From positions 1,178,001 through 1,242,000 of the forward strand of contig JAUFOQ010000001.1 in the NCBI GenBank assembly GCA_040285855.1: a DNA stretch of 64,000 nt, read 5' to 3'. A model generated the notes under the pieces. That model did no database searches. It worked only from the letters and a program-made list of their open reading frames with translations, and was not told the DNA's origin. Origin of the DNA: Eukaryota sp. GEM-RC1. Taxonomy: Eukaryota. A program made the translations under genes and the position numbers. Of this stretch, positions 24,635 through 36,589 are shown piece by piece. How positions within the stretch are numbered: position 1 is the stretch's first letter; each line of letters begins with the position of its first letter.

Positions 24635-26319
24635 CAGTCTACCCTCGATATAGTGCCGCCCTATTGGCAGACCTTATATCGAGGGTGGCACTATATCGAG
24701 GGAATGGTCCGTGTTCCTGGAACAGATTACGACGACAGTTTATTTTCCATAAAGACTATAGCTAACTAAGATGTGCATTATTCACACAAGAGACGGGTCT
24801 GGTCCACGCAATAGTGAACAGAACAATCATACAAATTGAAGAAGACTGTCAGAAGGTGAATTCAGAAAGGAAACTTAGTTTTTTAAGAGAGCTTTTCTAC
24901 TGAGAAACAGTTGGGAAATCGTCAATACAAGGGAGCAGTGGATCATGATCAAAGAAAGGTCCATCTGCACATGATTGGCTAGTTCATCAGCAGAAGGATG
25001 TGAATGTAGGAATGTTCCCTATTTGTAAAGGCACAAGTCTAAATGAAGCTAAAAAGCCGATCAAAAGCAGTATCGGATGAGAAACCAATCTATCATGAAC
25101 CTCTCAACCAACATCCTCAAACAAACAACAGTGATACGTCTTTCTGGTGACTCTATTTACACCTCTTTTCAATAGGTCTCATACTAAACCACTCGTAATA
25201 GAGAAGTCTCTCTCAACGCCCCCATTTCTTTTTAATATGTGTTACTTTTGGAGCTATGGTTTTCTGTACATCTGCCATTCGTCAGACATGTAGTTCCGTC
25301 CGTCTTTTCAATCCAGAAGATTATGAAGATTACGGACTGATATGAAGGAAGACGGGGTCTTTCTGCAGTACTGTCGGCCTCAATGGTATCAGAGTAACCC
25401 ATGTAGTGTGTTGACTTGCTTGAAGATGATGCATATGTTTGACTTGACGAATAAACGGATGTTTTTCGTACTCATATGTAACATAACACTTCCATGGGAT
25501 GATCAGTCACGTCCGTGGAGACTCAAGATCCAGAATTCTTGGCATCGGGATGTAACACGTCCCTAGTGTTGTGTAGTACATCAGCAAGACAACGCATGAG
25601 ATATATAACATATTCAGAACCTCGATGATGCTGTTTCGGTGTAATCAACAATTGAAATGTGGAACTACAGAAGAGTCGTCTATGATGTTAAGAAAGAGCT
25701 ATCTTAAGGGAATAAAAGGGAAGATGATGTGGAACAACGTGTTTATGGTGTAAACGACAAGAACATGAGAATGGAAAAGTCGTGTCAGGGAAATTTGTTG
25801 TGAAAAGCAGTGTTCGAAAATTTTCCACCCGGACGCCACCCGGGTGGTGGGTGGAACCGGGTGGCGTCCGGGTGAGTTTTCATTTCCACCCGGGTGGTCA
25901 CCGGGTGGCATTAAAGAACGAGACATAAGTTTTGGTGCAAAAACTACTTTATACACCATATACGATGAAACTTAAAGTACTTTAGCAGTGTGTGATATAA
26001 AATAACTAACAATGAAGAACTTTATACATGTTTGGGATAAAAAACACTCTGAAAAATATATAAATAAGATGATATTAGCCTATCCGACCCTGGAAGTAAC
26101 TCCCGTTAAAATAATTGTATTTAGGACAGGTTGAACATGGAAGTATGTATTCAGGAAGTCATGGATTGAAGATCATGGTAAGACCAAAATTATCCACCCA
26201 GTACCACCCAGTACCACCCAGACGCCACCCGGGTGGTTTTCATTTCCACCCGGGTGGTTTTCAAACACTGGTGAAAAGTGACCTTATATCGAGGGTGGCA
26301 CTATATCGAGGGTAGACTG
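24635..26319. mobile_element. Non-autonomous Tc1/mariner/pogo-type TIR element
   Basis: ~28-bp TIR cagtctaccctcgatatagtgcc(g/a)ccct with TA on both sides. No transposase recognised. Confidence 0.88.
25808..26270. mobile_element. hAT-type MITE nested in the TA-flanked element
   Basis: TIR cagtgtt(c/t)gaaaa, perfect 8-bp TSD gtgaaaag, and subterminal ccacccgggtgg palindromes. Confidence 0.9.
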
Positions 26320-27367
26320 TAACAAAAGTACGACCAATGTCCTTACACTTTGGCGTTTTTGCTGGATATGATGATTCATTCCATTTGTGTCGATATTACA
26401 ATATATGTACAAGAGAAAACACACCTTTCAGTAAAACATACATGATGTATATTTATCTCAAATGGAATTTTTATGGATATACATGTTATTGTAATAGGAT
26501 CAATGGAAAAGAAAATCTGGTATAGAGATGAATTTGAGTGACCTTGCATCATTAGAAAGAGCTGTATGAGACGAAAGAAAAGCTCATTTTTACAGTTTAA
26601 AGTAGCTATAATTTATAGGTAAAGGTACACTGGCATCAGGAATTTGTCTCATTGAAACTAATTGTGTTGTAAGACTGATTATGTCCTCGAATATTTGTGT
26701 TGGTGAAGTCCAATTGTTTCTGTTGCTACAACCATGTATTCATAAAACTCATTTAAAACAGAAATCGTCTATCTCTATCAATAACCACCTCTTCTAAACC
26801 AGTTCATGTTCATCAAATAAGGTTTGAATGTGTTCCGGATCTTTCAAATTCATTGAAATCATTCCAAAAAACAGATATTTCACCCCTTCTACCCCAAACG
26901 TGATACGTTTCCTTCTCTATTATAAAAGATTATTTACGACTAATACTTGTATTGGTTACATTTGGTACAAAATATTATTACAGTACAAGTTTATGTACTG
27001 TATAATATGAATGAGGTTTGCATTACCACAATAATGGGTTATGTTATTAACAAGTTGGCACACAATACTTGGACAAAGTGAGTGTAATAAAATCATTCGC
27101 ATTGAGTGTGCAGTCGGTAACTTAATTTAATCAAATTTGATATTGGTTTCTGCTATTTGTTACTACATTGTTTTTGTATATCGCTACTATTTCAGTCCGA
27201 ACTTTTCTACTGTTCGCATATATCTCCCTCTGTAATGAAACAATTTGTGACAAAAAGTTTCGCACATAACAATATTTCAAATAGTTGACCTGTACAATTG
27301 CTTAATTTAATACGGATGTTGTAGAAACTTGAATGAGTTCTCCAATTAGGATATATAAAGTGCACTC

Positions 27368-27500
27368 TAGAGCTGTCAACGGCTTGAGCCGAATGGTTCG
27401 GCTTTGGCTTGAGCCATTTGAGTAAGCCGAACCAAATTTCGATATGGTTTGGCTCAAGTCGTTCGGTTTACGGCTTGAGCCGAACCGTTTGACAGCTCTA
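27368..27500. mobile_element. 133-bp hAT-type MITE
   Basis: TIR tagagctgtcaa/ttgacagctcta, perfect 8-bp TSD gtgcactc, and internal ggcttgagcc/ccgaac repeats. Confidence 0.92.
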
Positions 27501-27866
27501 GTGCACTCAAACTAAACATTTATTCTTTCAAATATAAAATCAACTTAATCATTGAAGAAAATCCATATGTGACAAATTGAAATCAGAAAGCTACTACAGC
27601 AACACGTATATCTAAGAAAACAGGTGCTTTCATAATAAGACAAGTTTAGTTATAAGAAGATAGAGAATTGATATTCTCTATTGCAAATCACGCTACTAAT
27701 TGATTTAAAGATCTAATTTGTTTACATTCAATAATGTTCGCTGATTAATTATCATCACACAGTCAAAAATAATAATGATACATTTTCTCACCAATTGAAA
27801 CTACAGTACTCAACAATGAGCTCTATAAAGTGAAATCCTTACACAAAACAATAAAGATTATGGTTC

Positions 27867-28765
27867 TTAATAATCAAATATGTCAATATTACCAGTAATT
27901 TCTGACAGAAAACAAAACACACCATTTTCAATATCAATTATGTCAGGTAACCCATCAAGATCAGTCACTGATTTGTAAACAAACCGAAATTTAAATAATG
28001 GAATAAGATCATCAAATCTTGGGTCTCTCAATCCACGACATTCAACACGTTTAATAGAACAATTTGCTTTCAAACCATTTAAAAGTGAAGATAAATCATC
28101 ACGTGCCATCTGATTTGCATAACGAACAGTACCCTGGGAGAAATCAATAAAATGGGAAGATATCTGAATGATTGAATTAGAATTGGTAGCTGAAAGTTTC
28201 TCAAAGATGGCCAACATATCATTCAACCGAGTCAAATTATTACTGAAAATGACATTTTTTAAATGAGAGCTGAACTGAATTGCACCGATGATTTTTTGAA
28301 TGACTTCATCATATTTTACAAGACAACGATAGAAGGGATAAATAACCAGTGAAGAGGACGTTTCGTCGTGACTAAAGTCAACAGAAGTCAGTGAATTATT
28401 GTTTCTGAGTAGATGACATACGCTGGTGATTGTTGTTTCAGTAAAAAAACAGTTCTTAAGAGTAAGCTCTTTGATACTGAATCTATCTACAAACGACTGT
28501 AGAGATGAAACTTCAGGAGCTATTTGAGTGGAGATTTCGGGAGAAAAACAAAACACTCCCTTTCCACGTCAATAAAGTGAGGAGAAATATCAAGATCTAT
28601 GAATGACTCGTTGATGGAAAGAATTTCATATAAAACCATAAGTACTTCTAAACATGGAGTTAAGATTCCCCTACATTCAACACGTTTAATAGGGACATTT
28701 GATTGCATAGACTTCAAAAGTAGAACTAAATCGCTACTGTGAACCTCTCCCTGATAAAAAATATA
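27867..28765 (-). pseudogene. 3' part of the RING-LRR gene carried in duplication copy A
   Basis: Near-identical to 43510-44409. The 5' part is missing and there is a frameshift at about 28560. Confidence 0.85.
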
Positions 28766-28769
28766 AAGT

Positions 28770-28975
28770 CTCAGATCCCACTCATCCCGTAAGTTTTGGG
28801 AACTCATGTTCGGATCTCCAATAGATCCAAGAAAACCTGCCATTGACCTCTTGAACAAGTTAACAGCCAAACCAGCTCCTTTCACAGGAAACGTGTTTGT
28901 TGATGCACTCACTGCGAGAACTTCTTTCCTTAAAGAATCATGGGAAGAAGCTGCAACAAACCAGCAAGATTAGAC
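28770..28975 (+). mobile_element. Ty3/gypsy integrase C-terminal fragment at the duplication breakpoint
   Basis: WELMFGSPIDP...FVDALTARTSFLKESWEEAATNQ resembles YELMFGSSFGP...FIEDLQRKNERIRERQESASSNQ of the full element. Confidence 0.5.
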
Positions 28976-29289
28976 TTCTGTATTGTAGCCTTCTTTATCT
29001 TAGATTATACTCTCTCTATAAACAAGGTATTCTACCTTCTTCTCATCTGCCGCAGAACCGGCATCAATTTAAAGAATTTCACATCCGCCTAAGAACATCA
29101 TCCACAGTCCGAGGTTTTAAAACGGCATCATTACGATCAGTGAGAGTAATTAAGCCAACCTCACTATTAATGAACCGCGTGCCGGCGACTGCTTTTTAAA
29201 ACCTCATTGGTCCCAACAACAACAAAATTCTATGCCTTCTCCCTCTTCTGACAGCTCTTTTGCTTCGAGGCTCCATACTCTTGTGGATG

Positions 29290-30280
29290 CAACTCAGATT
29301 GAAACACTCAGACAAGAGAAGCATATACTACAAACATGTAGTTAAGTCAAGATCTACATACAACAATACAAAACGTAGACTTCATCCGAATGAAGAAAAT
29401 TTCTTTCATCATACCGTTTTAATAACTCAATATGAAAAATAAATTGCGTGAATTAATTAGGTAAAAAGGAAGCCTAAATACTTAAACAAAAACTTGACGA
29501 ACATTGAATGAATCATATCTTCAGTTGTATGTAGATGTAGTTAAAGAAGAATCTAAATGAGATCACCAATCATAAGTTCGCATTACTGAGTGGTAACTAA
29601 CCCGATGGGAGAATTCAAAAAAAGTAAAAGACCTGTGTTCAAGGAAGTGTAACACTCCACAACAAGAAAGAGAGAGACTAGAAGGAGAAAGTACAAAGAA
29701 GAGTTATCATAATCCAAGGATCGAGAAATAGATCACGTGGAGGGAATGAAGGTGGAAGTCACACAGACATTGGACACGTGACAAGCAATAGAAGAGAGTG
29801 GAAAGAACAATGTACTAGTGGAGTTCCCGATACAGAAGTACAACCATGTTCAGGATTCCTTAAGCAAACCTGAAGAAGATCAACATCTGAGATGTACAAA
29901 TTGAAGAACCAAGCTCTGGAGATAGATTTAATACAGTTACTAGTCTGGAACTCAGTGACTAATAATAAATAAAGTGAAGTAGAAGGTAAGTGTTAGTATC
30001 ATGCAAGGGGTGAAGTTTACACCGCAAATACCATTTTAGACAAACGTGGACAAGTGTAGACACAAGAACAGGTGTTGTGGTGCCAGGTAAGCTTGGAACC
30101 AGCCGAGGTTATCAGGAAACAATGTCTTACATTTCCACCAGATTTCTTTCTAACCTTAACATGTCATTTTCTCTTCTACCAGCAGAAACTCTCAGCTGTA
30201 TACTCACTGACCCCTCGTTCTCCGATCAAACCATTTCTTTTGGGGAAGAGTCTATTGAAGTGAACAAAACTGTTCTTGCT
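29290..30280 (+). repeat. Diverged duplicate of 53210-54125 (upstream region plus start of the type-B BTB gene)
   Basis: Colinear similarity from ttgaaacactcagacaagagaagca through MSFSLLPAETLSCIL. Confidence 0.85.
30161..30280 (+). pseudogene. BTB-SPRY copy 4 (type B), only the first ~40 codons
   Basis: MSFSLLPAETLSCILTDPSFSDQTISFGEESIEVNKTVLA followed by a stop and unrelated DNA. Confidence 0.85.
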
Positions 30281-32489
30281 TAAAAGCGAGGACGTGTATA
30301 AAAACTTCTGGATTGGAAAACTTGGAGATTGCGTTCTCTTGGGAGCTGTCTGATTAAGAAGGGACTCCGTGAGTTTCTTCAACTGATTTTGATAAAGAAC
30401 AAAGAATAATCTATTCTACTGTTAAACAACTGAGTAAACGAGTATGATACTTTTCAGCCATTCACATAATTGAGAGGCTGGTTGGCTGAACAATTGGAAT
30501 ATTTTAATAATTCAGGTAGTTAACATAGTTGAGTACTAAACTGAGCAAGATAGTTGAGTCGATCGACTACTCAAACTTAAAAACTTGTGTTTTCTCTGGT
30601 GAATCCATAGACCCAACGATTGCAAGCATTATTTAAAATTTGATATCCAATTATCTTCAAAAATCTTCGAAAAAACTAGTAGTTTTGTATTTTAGTCTAA
30701 CAATTTGATATTGAGTCTACTGTCCAATGCTAAAATCTTTGTTGGTCGTTGCAGCAACTCGTTATCCACTAACGACTGTGCAAAATGTAAACCATCTGTT
30801 TGATTTTTCAATAAACTTTGAAAGTCTGCTGCACATAAAGGTTTTACCGATATGATTTCTTAATCAAACTCTAACCATCTGTTTGTACTATCTTCTTATA
30901 GTCTACAAGCAACATTCCAAAAATACATCCCGCCAAAGCAAACCAATTTACAAATTTCTATTCACAACCCTCGGCAACGTTTGACCTATCAAAGCAAGCA
31001 ACACAGACATCTACATTAACGAAAGTTTTTTTTGGGATACACTGTAGTATCTATAGAAGATTCAAAATCAGCTACTATCAATCCACATAAATCCCAATAG
31101 TTATCTGGTTCTGTAGTGAATTGTGCACACGTGAGGACCAAGACGGACCAGCTCCTTAAGAAATAAATCTGCACACAGGAGACCAGCAAGTTTACAATCA
31201 TTGACGTTGTATTTTACGATGGAAGTCATCAAGTTGTGGGGTGTAAGTGTTTCAAAATTTGAGAGCGGGTATCGATGTTCATTTCTAATTTCAGAGGGGT
31301 ACACGTGTATTAAACCCTTAAATTTAATATGTTCGTTTCGACAATCAGTTGTTTGATTGTTAAAGGTAGTGTTCGTAGTAGTTTTGGGTTTAGCAATATT
31401 ATAAGATCTTAAAGTGAAAGAGCTCATGTATAGTTTTAATTTGTATTTGCATTCTCAATTAGTTATTTGATTCACTTGTTTTATAAAAAACGGTTATGTT
31501 AGTCGAAATCTAAATTTGTTGATTTGTTTAACAAATAATACTGCTACATTTTGATAAATCGCAATGAATACATTTTTGAAAAACCTGGTTGCCACTGTTC
31601 AAAGGTCAGGCTGTATTTGCAACAAATTGTAGCCGTTGCATTTGTGTTTGGTGTCTGGTCAACTTACTACTAGCAGTAATTATTGTGAAAACAACTTATT
31701 CGTTGACAATCCTACATCTATCACTGGACTTGGTGACAGTGTAATAAATAATAGAACAAATGATTTAGGACTAAGATTTATGAATGAGAAAAAGACAAGA
31801 CAGTGTTAAAAACGGAAATTTATAGTACTGTTGTGATTGTCACTTTCAATTTTTGATGTTCCTATAAACTATAATTATACCCCTAACTCCAACCAATGTT
31901 CGATTCCTTTTATGTACCACATAAAAGCATCGAAATTGTCTTCAAAAATGTGAGAAACTTATCTTTATTTAGAAATGCTGTTGGTTCAGCTATTATTTCC
32001 ATCAAAGCAAAGAACTTCTCTGTTTTGAATGAAGAAGTTCCTAATCCAAAATCACCGTTTATTTCACCTAACGAACTTATAGTTAATAGTTTCCGACTCG
32101 GTTTAGGTTCTCTTATGTGCTTCTGTCAAGGTTCGTTCGTGGAATCTGAAAGAACACACCATCCTGGGTCAAAAGAAGGTCACCTCCAATTGATGAACCT
32201 ATCTACAAGAGACCTATTCTTGCAGTGACTACACCCACTTCTCTTATGAGTTCTTCGGTGAGTGATAATCCAGATACTCCACAAAATGATATTTCCAGTT
32301 TATGTCACATTCATCAAGTGTTAAAAGATTTTATTTTAAATAAACGTCTCCTTTGCAAAAGGACCAATCATATTTATAGAAAAGTATCCGTCATTAATTA
32401 ATTGCTGGGCTCAAAGTTTAGATTGCAATCCCTTTATAAACGCCATCAGGAAAAGAGATGTCACTTTAGCTGGTAGTCTCTGGCACAGT

Positions 32490-33003
32490 TTGTTGTCTCC
32501 TATTCTTGGAAGGAGACATTACATTTATGTTTGCCGAATTAGGGACAAGTACTACTGTGGAATGTCTTCCTCTCCAATAGGGCCTGGATGTCGTTGGATG
32601 ATACATCTAACGAAAATTTCAGGTAGCTCAAAAATGCAGAAAATGTTACAGACGTCAGATGATCCAAGTCTCTGGAAGAACTTTAAAGTTCTGTTATATC
32701 TTGAAGACTTTGGCTTTGATTATCCTACTTTTGGCTCCAAGAAGGTGACCTTGATGAGGAGTGTTTTAGAGATCATATTTATTGCGTTGGGTTCTTTTTT
32801 TTGATAGAAAGAGTACTATGGTACTGAACTGCTCTGCGGGTGGGGAAGGACCTAGCCCTGAATCTACTAAACTTGGACGAATAATGGTATGGAATGCCAT
32901 ATATGATGCATTGACATCAATAGATGGTAGAATATACACAGTAGTTGTGTTTATGAAACAATGTAGAGTAAAAAGGTATGTGACATACCTGTACCACCAG
33001 TGA
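32490..33003 (+). pseudogene. GIY-YIG endonuclease domain, frameshifted at a T8 run (32795-32802)
   Basis: HYIYV-x6-YYCGMS, RWMIH, LEIIFI and, after the shift, LNCSAGGEG give the canonical motif order of GIY-YIG nucleases. Confidence 0.65.
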
Positions 33004-33099
33004 CAAAGAAGTAGTGTCTGCTGATAGTGATTGCGTTAAAGATGTCACGTTAGTCATCTGTGAGATTGATGTTGTGTATAGTGGTTGGTGCCATTGAGT

Positions 33100-34270
33100 T
33101 GATGTATTGTTTGAGCGCAGGGACACTTAATCTTTATCAAATTTCTCTTTCACTTCAAACCATGACTTTATCCAGGGACTGTATTTCCAATGGATCCGAC
33201 GATTTCATTTCAAATGGATAATCTCACATATCCACACCCGATCCACATTGAACAGTTTTCTGCTTAATTTACACCCCTTGACATTCTTACGTCTGCAGCT
33301 AACGACATCAAGTTCTTTCTTATTCATTCCATACGTAGAACAGACAGTCTGAAGAAATAGATAAATGGTATCGGTTGAAGACAGGGTTACAAGATAGTGA
33401 ATATTTAGTATTGATGTGAATACAATTCATTACGATGTTTAGACGATAAATCAACTAAACAGAGAAACATGGATGTTCCGCAATTCTCCCTTAATAATGT
33501 TCAGATCAACAAAGCAGTCGACCAAAAATAAGTTTGTCCCAGTTCAGATCAAGCTATGAATGTTCACTTGATCAAACCAGCTTTATCAACCTGAACCATG
33601 ATTCAGGCCCGGTTCAGTTCAGAGAGGTGGTGAACTGAATTGAGCCATGCAACATTTCAAATTTTAACTATCAATTCAAATTAGTGTTTTGTCCGTTGAA
33701 TAATAAAAATTTCTTTCATTATTCTGGTTTGATATCAAAGATATCTTTCACAAAAACAAATGAAAAGGAACATCACTCAAATGTAATTGTAATCATCAAA
33801 TCTTGTGAATAAATCAAATATAAATTGACCATCACATACAAGAAAACAGATTGTATTTCTGCTTCCAAAGAGACGAGCAAATGAATGTAGTTGAAGAAGG
33901 TTGTGATGAAGCAAAAATATTCACAGTCATTAAAACAAAAATCAGACAAGAATTAGAAAGAAACAATTGTTCATCTCCCTCCACCAAGAGTTACTCCCGA
34001 TGCAACCTACGACTACTTCCTCCACACAGTTCACAGAGCTAGCGAGGAGTTCATGACCCTGACCAAAGAAGGGACTGTAGTAAGAGAACTCAATGTGAAA
34101 GATAGAATGCATGAGGTGTTTGAAAAGGGCTACGATCAGCTACTGAAAGTAACGACCGAATTCCGTAGTAAAGAAATGCGTGCTCTCATTGAGCTTCATG
34201 TAATGAAAGGTGTTGGGCATAATTTGTTAAACTTCTTGTCATCAGCTACATTTAAAGCAATCTTCCGTCA
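33100..34270 (+). repeat. Diverged duplicate of window positions ~1-1160
   Basis: Colinear from attgtttgag..cagggaaacttaatc through the dynamin-like relic. Sub-blocks recur at about 5280-5600, 7645-8235 and 52270-52600. Confidence 0.9.
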
Positions 34271-34605
34271 ATACTTTGAAACTCATTACAAGTCAGTTTT
34301 CAGTGAAGTCATTGACCGTAGTGCAGAATTAGTCCAACTCTTTATGAATCACTGTTGGGAGAAGGCTTTACGTGATCATATCAACGGTTGTAACCGTTTA
34401 AAAAGACGTGGGGGATGAGTTGGTAGCAGAAGTCAAGGAGCAAGTCCTCACAATGACACGTGAGACGCAAGAACTTCTTCCTCAAAATGGAGATGAACGA
34501 GAAAATTCAATAATTAAGTATGTCATTTCACTTAAAGCTAATCGCAAGGTTTTAGTGAAGTCCTATAACGAATCTGAGTTCAAAACATCCTATATTGGTT
34601 CATAA
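33851..34605 (+). pseudogene. Dynamin/Mx-family stalk relic, longest copy
   Basis: Three short ORFs join into GVGHNLLNFLSSATFKAIFRQYFETHYKSVFSEVIDRSAELVQLFMNHCWEKAL...RLKRRVGDELVAEVKEQVLTM, a helical pattern like the Mx stalk. Confidence 0.55.
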
Positions 34606-35028
34606 AGAAGTTGTTGGATATGGTTCACACAGCCAACTACTATAAAGAATAATGACAACTCTTGCTTCCAAATGAGAAAAAGCAAGACTAAAATCTCCAT
34701 GATTGACGTTGAGAGAGGACTGTAAAAAACAAGTCAGTGAAGATTGATCCGGACAAATAAAGACCGCTGAAAACGCAAGTACTTGGGGGGAAACGAAAGA
34801 AGAGAGACCGACGCAGACAGTGTATCAGAGTTAGGTTGTGGGGAGGAGATACTAGAAGAAGAGGAAACATTGAACACTTAACTGCTAGTAAGTGTAACAT
34901 TATCATCAAATGAACGACTACTCTTCAGTGGAGGTTCAGGATTAGACATGTAGTTTTGTTAAAAGGCCACAAGAACATTGGTCTCCCGATTTGGTCTCAT
35001 TTACTTATCTCCTTTTCTATTGCTTCTA

Positions 35029-36589
35029 ATGTCATTCTCTCTTCCCCCAGCAGAAACTCTTGCAATTATCCTCGATGAACCCTCTTTGTGTAACCAAACC
35101 ATTTCATTTAATGGTGAATCCATCGAAGTAAACAAATCTGTCCTTGCTGCCCATTCCACGTATTTCCGATCCCTCTGGTTCTTGGAGTTTGGCGACAAGC
35201 TTGAGAATCCCATTGACTTCTCACATCTTCCCGTCGATTCCGACAACTTCTTCGCTTTCCTCAAGTCGTTCTTTGGCAAATCATTCACTCTCAACGAGAG
35301 CAACGCATACAACTTCTTTTACCTCGTCCACTACTTCCAAGTGGACAAACTCATTCACCACGTGGAAAACCACCTAAACACTCATCTTGTGACCTGGGCT
35401 TGGTTAAAACCATTCATTAAAGAAGCAGATGAAAGAAATGACTTGAGAGCTCTTGAATTCGTTGGTCCTTTCTTTTCTAAGATTGATGACCTGTTGATTG
35501 ATGACGTGATGGCAATCACTACTGAAGGGTTTAAAACGCTTGTTAAATACTGCACATCAACTCAATCACAATCGTGGTTCATCAAATCAATGGTGGAATC
35601 AATTCTGAATCAAAGTTTCGATTTGAATGAGTTTTTAAATATCCTAAATTCTTGCTCAATTGAAGCCTTTTCTTTTCAACAATGGGATGAGTTTCTGTTT
35701 GTACCTCTAAAAGATGTTGAAGATTTGGAAGCCGATTTGATGAAGTTTTTGTTTACAAGAGTTAAGAATCTTTATTTTGATTCGTTGCTGAATGAAAATT
35801 CTGATTTGAAGGAAGAAAATTCTGAATTAAACACCAAAGTAGCTGAATTACCAACCAAAATTACTGAAGTAGAAAGTAACAATTCTGAGTTGAACTCACT
35901 GAATACTGATTTAAAAACCGAAATTAAAGTCTTGAAAACAATTAATTCTAGATTATCTGAAGAAAATCATTATTCAAATGCAACAACTACCACCACCTTA
36001 ACAACTGATATTCAGAATTTAACTAAGACAAATTCTAATGAAATGGCCAAACTAATAAAGGCACATACAGGAACTCAACGGGTCTCTCAATCAGTTCCTC
36101 AATCAGAAGTGATTAAGTTCTCACAAACTAGGAAACATTCTCAGTTACAAGTTAGTGGGGATAGAAAGAGAGTTGTTCATGGATGTTGTGATGTGCAGCG
36201 GAGAAATATCTTGGGAGAAGATCCACTTCTTCCAGGTAATGTGTATACTTGGAAGTTGAGGTACCAGGGGAATACTGGTGGTCTTTTTTGTTGGAGTCAT
36301 TGACGAGTCAAAGTTTAGAGTTGATGGTGATTGTTGGGAGAATGCTCACGGTATTTTCAATGGTAGTGGCAGTATTCGAGGTTGTCTCTCAGGAAACAAA
36401 ACTCACTGGAATCGTGGTGAACTACTCGAAATCAATGTCAATCTAGTTAATAACACTTTAACAATCAAATCCGTGAGTAATTCTTCAATTAATCTTACTG
36501 GAACTCTTCCCAGGTTAAGTAGTGGTAATTATTATCCATTTGCTTCATTTTTTTGGTTATGTGATCATGAACTTGAAATAGTTGAATAA
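35029..36589 (+). CDS. BTB-CC-SPRY copy 5, full length with one frameshift in a T run at about 36284-36289 (pseudogene or sequencing error)
   Basis: ORFs 34978-36303 and 36278-36589 join at GLF/VGVIDE. Longest coiled coil in the family. Confidence 0.8.

Larger units (their letters stand above)
20971..28765 (+). repeat. Segmental duplication copy A (~7.8 kb), near-identical to 36591-44409
   Basis: Colinear at an offset of about 15.62-15.64 kb. The ORF track gives identical or almost identical peptides in both copies. Confidence 0.97.

Noticed and set aside
25820..26260. GC-rich ccacccgggtgg repeats as a CRISPR array
   Set aside because: Spacing is irregular, there are no unique spacers or cas genes, and they are subterminal repeats of a MITE with an 8-bp TSD.
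21000..27300. Short ORFs conserved between the two duplicate copies as real genes
   Set aside because: Their conservation is explained by the recent duplication. Apart from the transposon relics listed, they have no recognisable domains.
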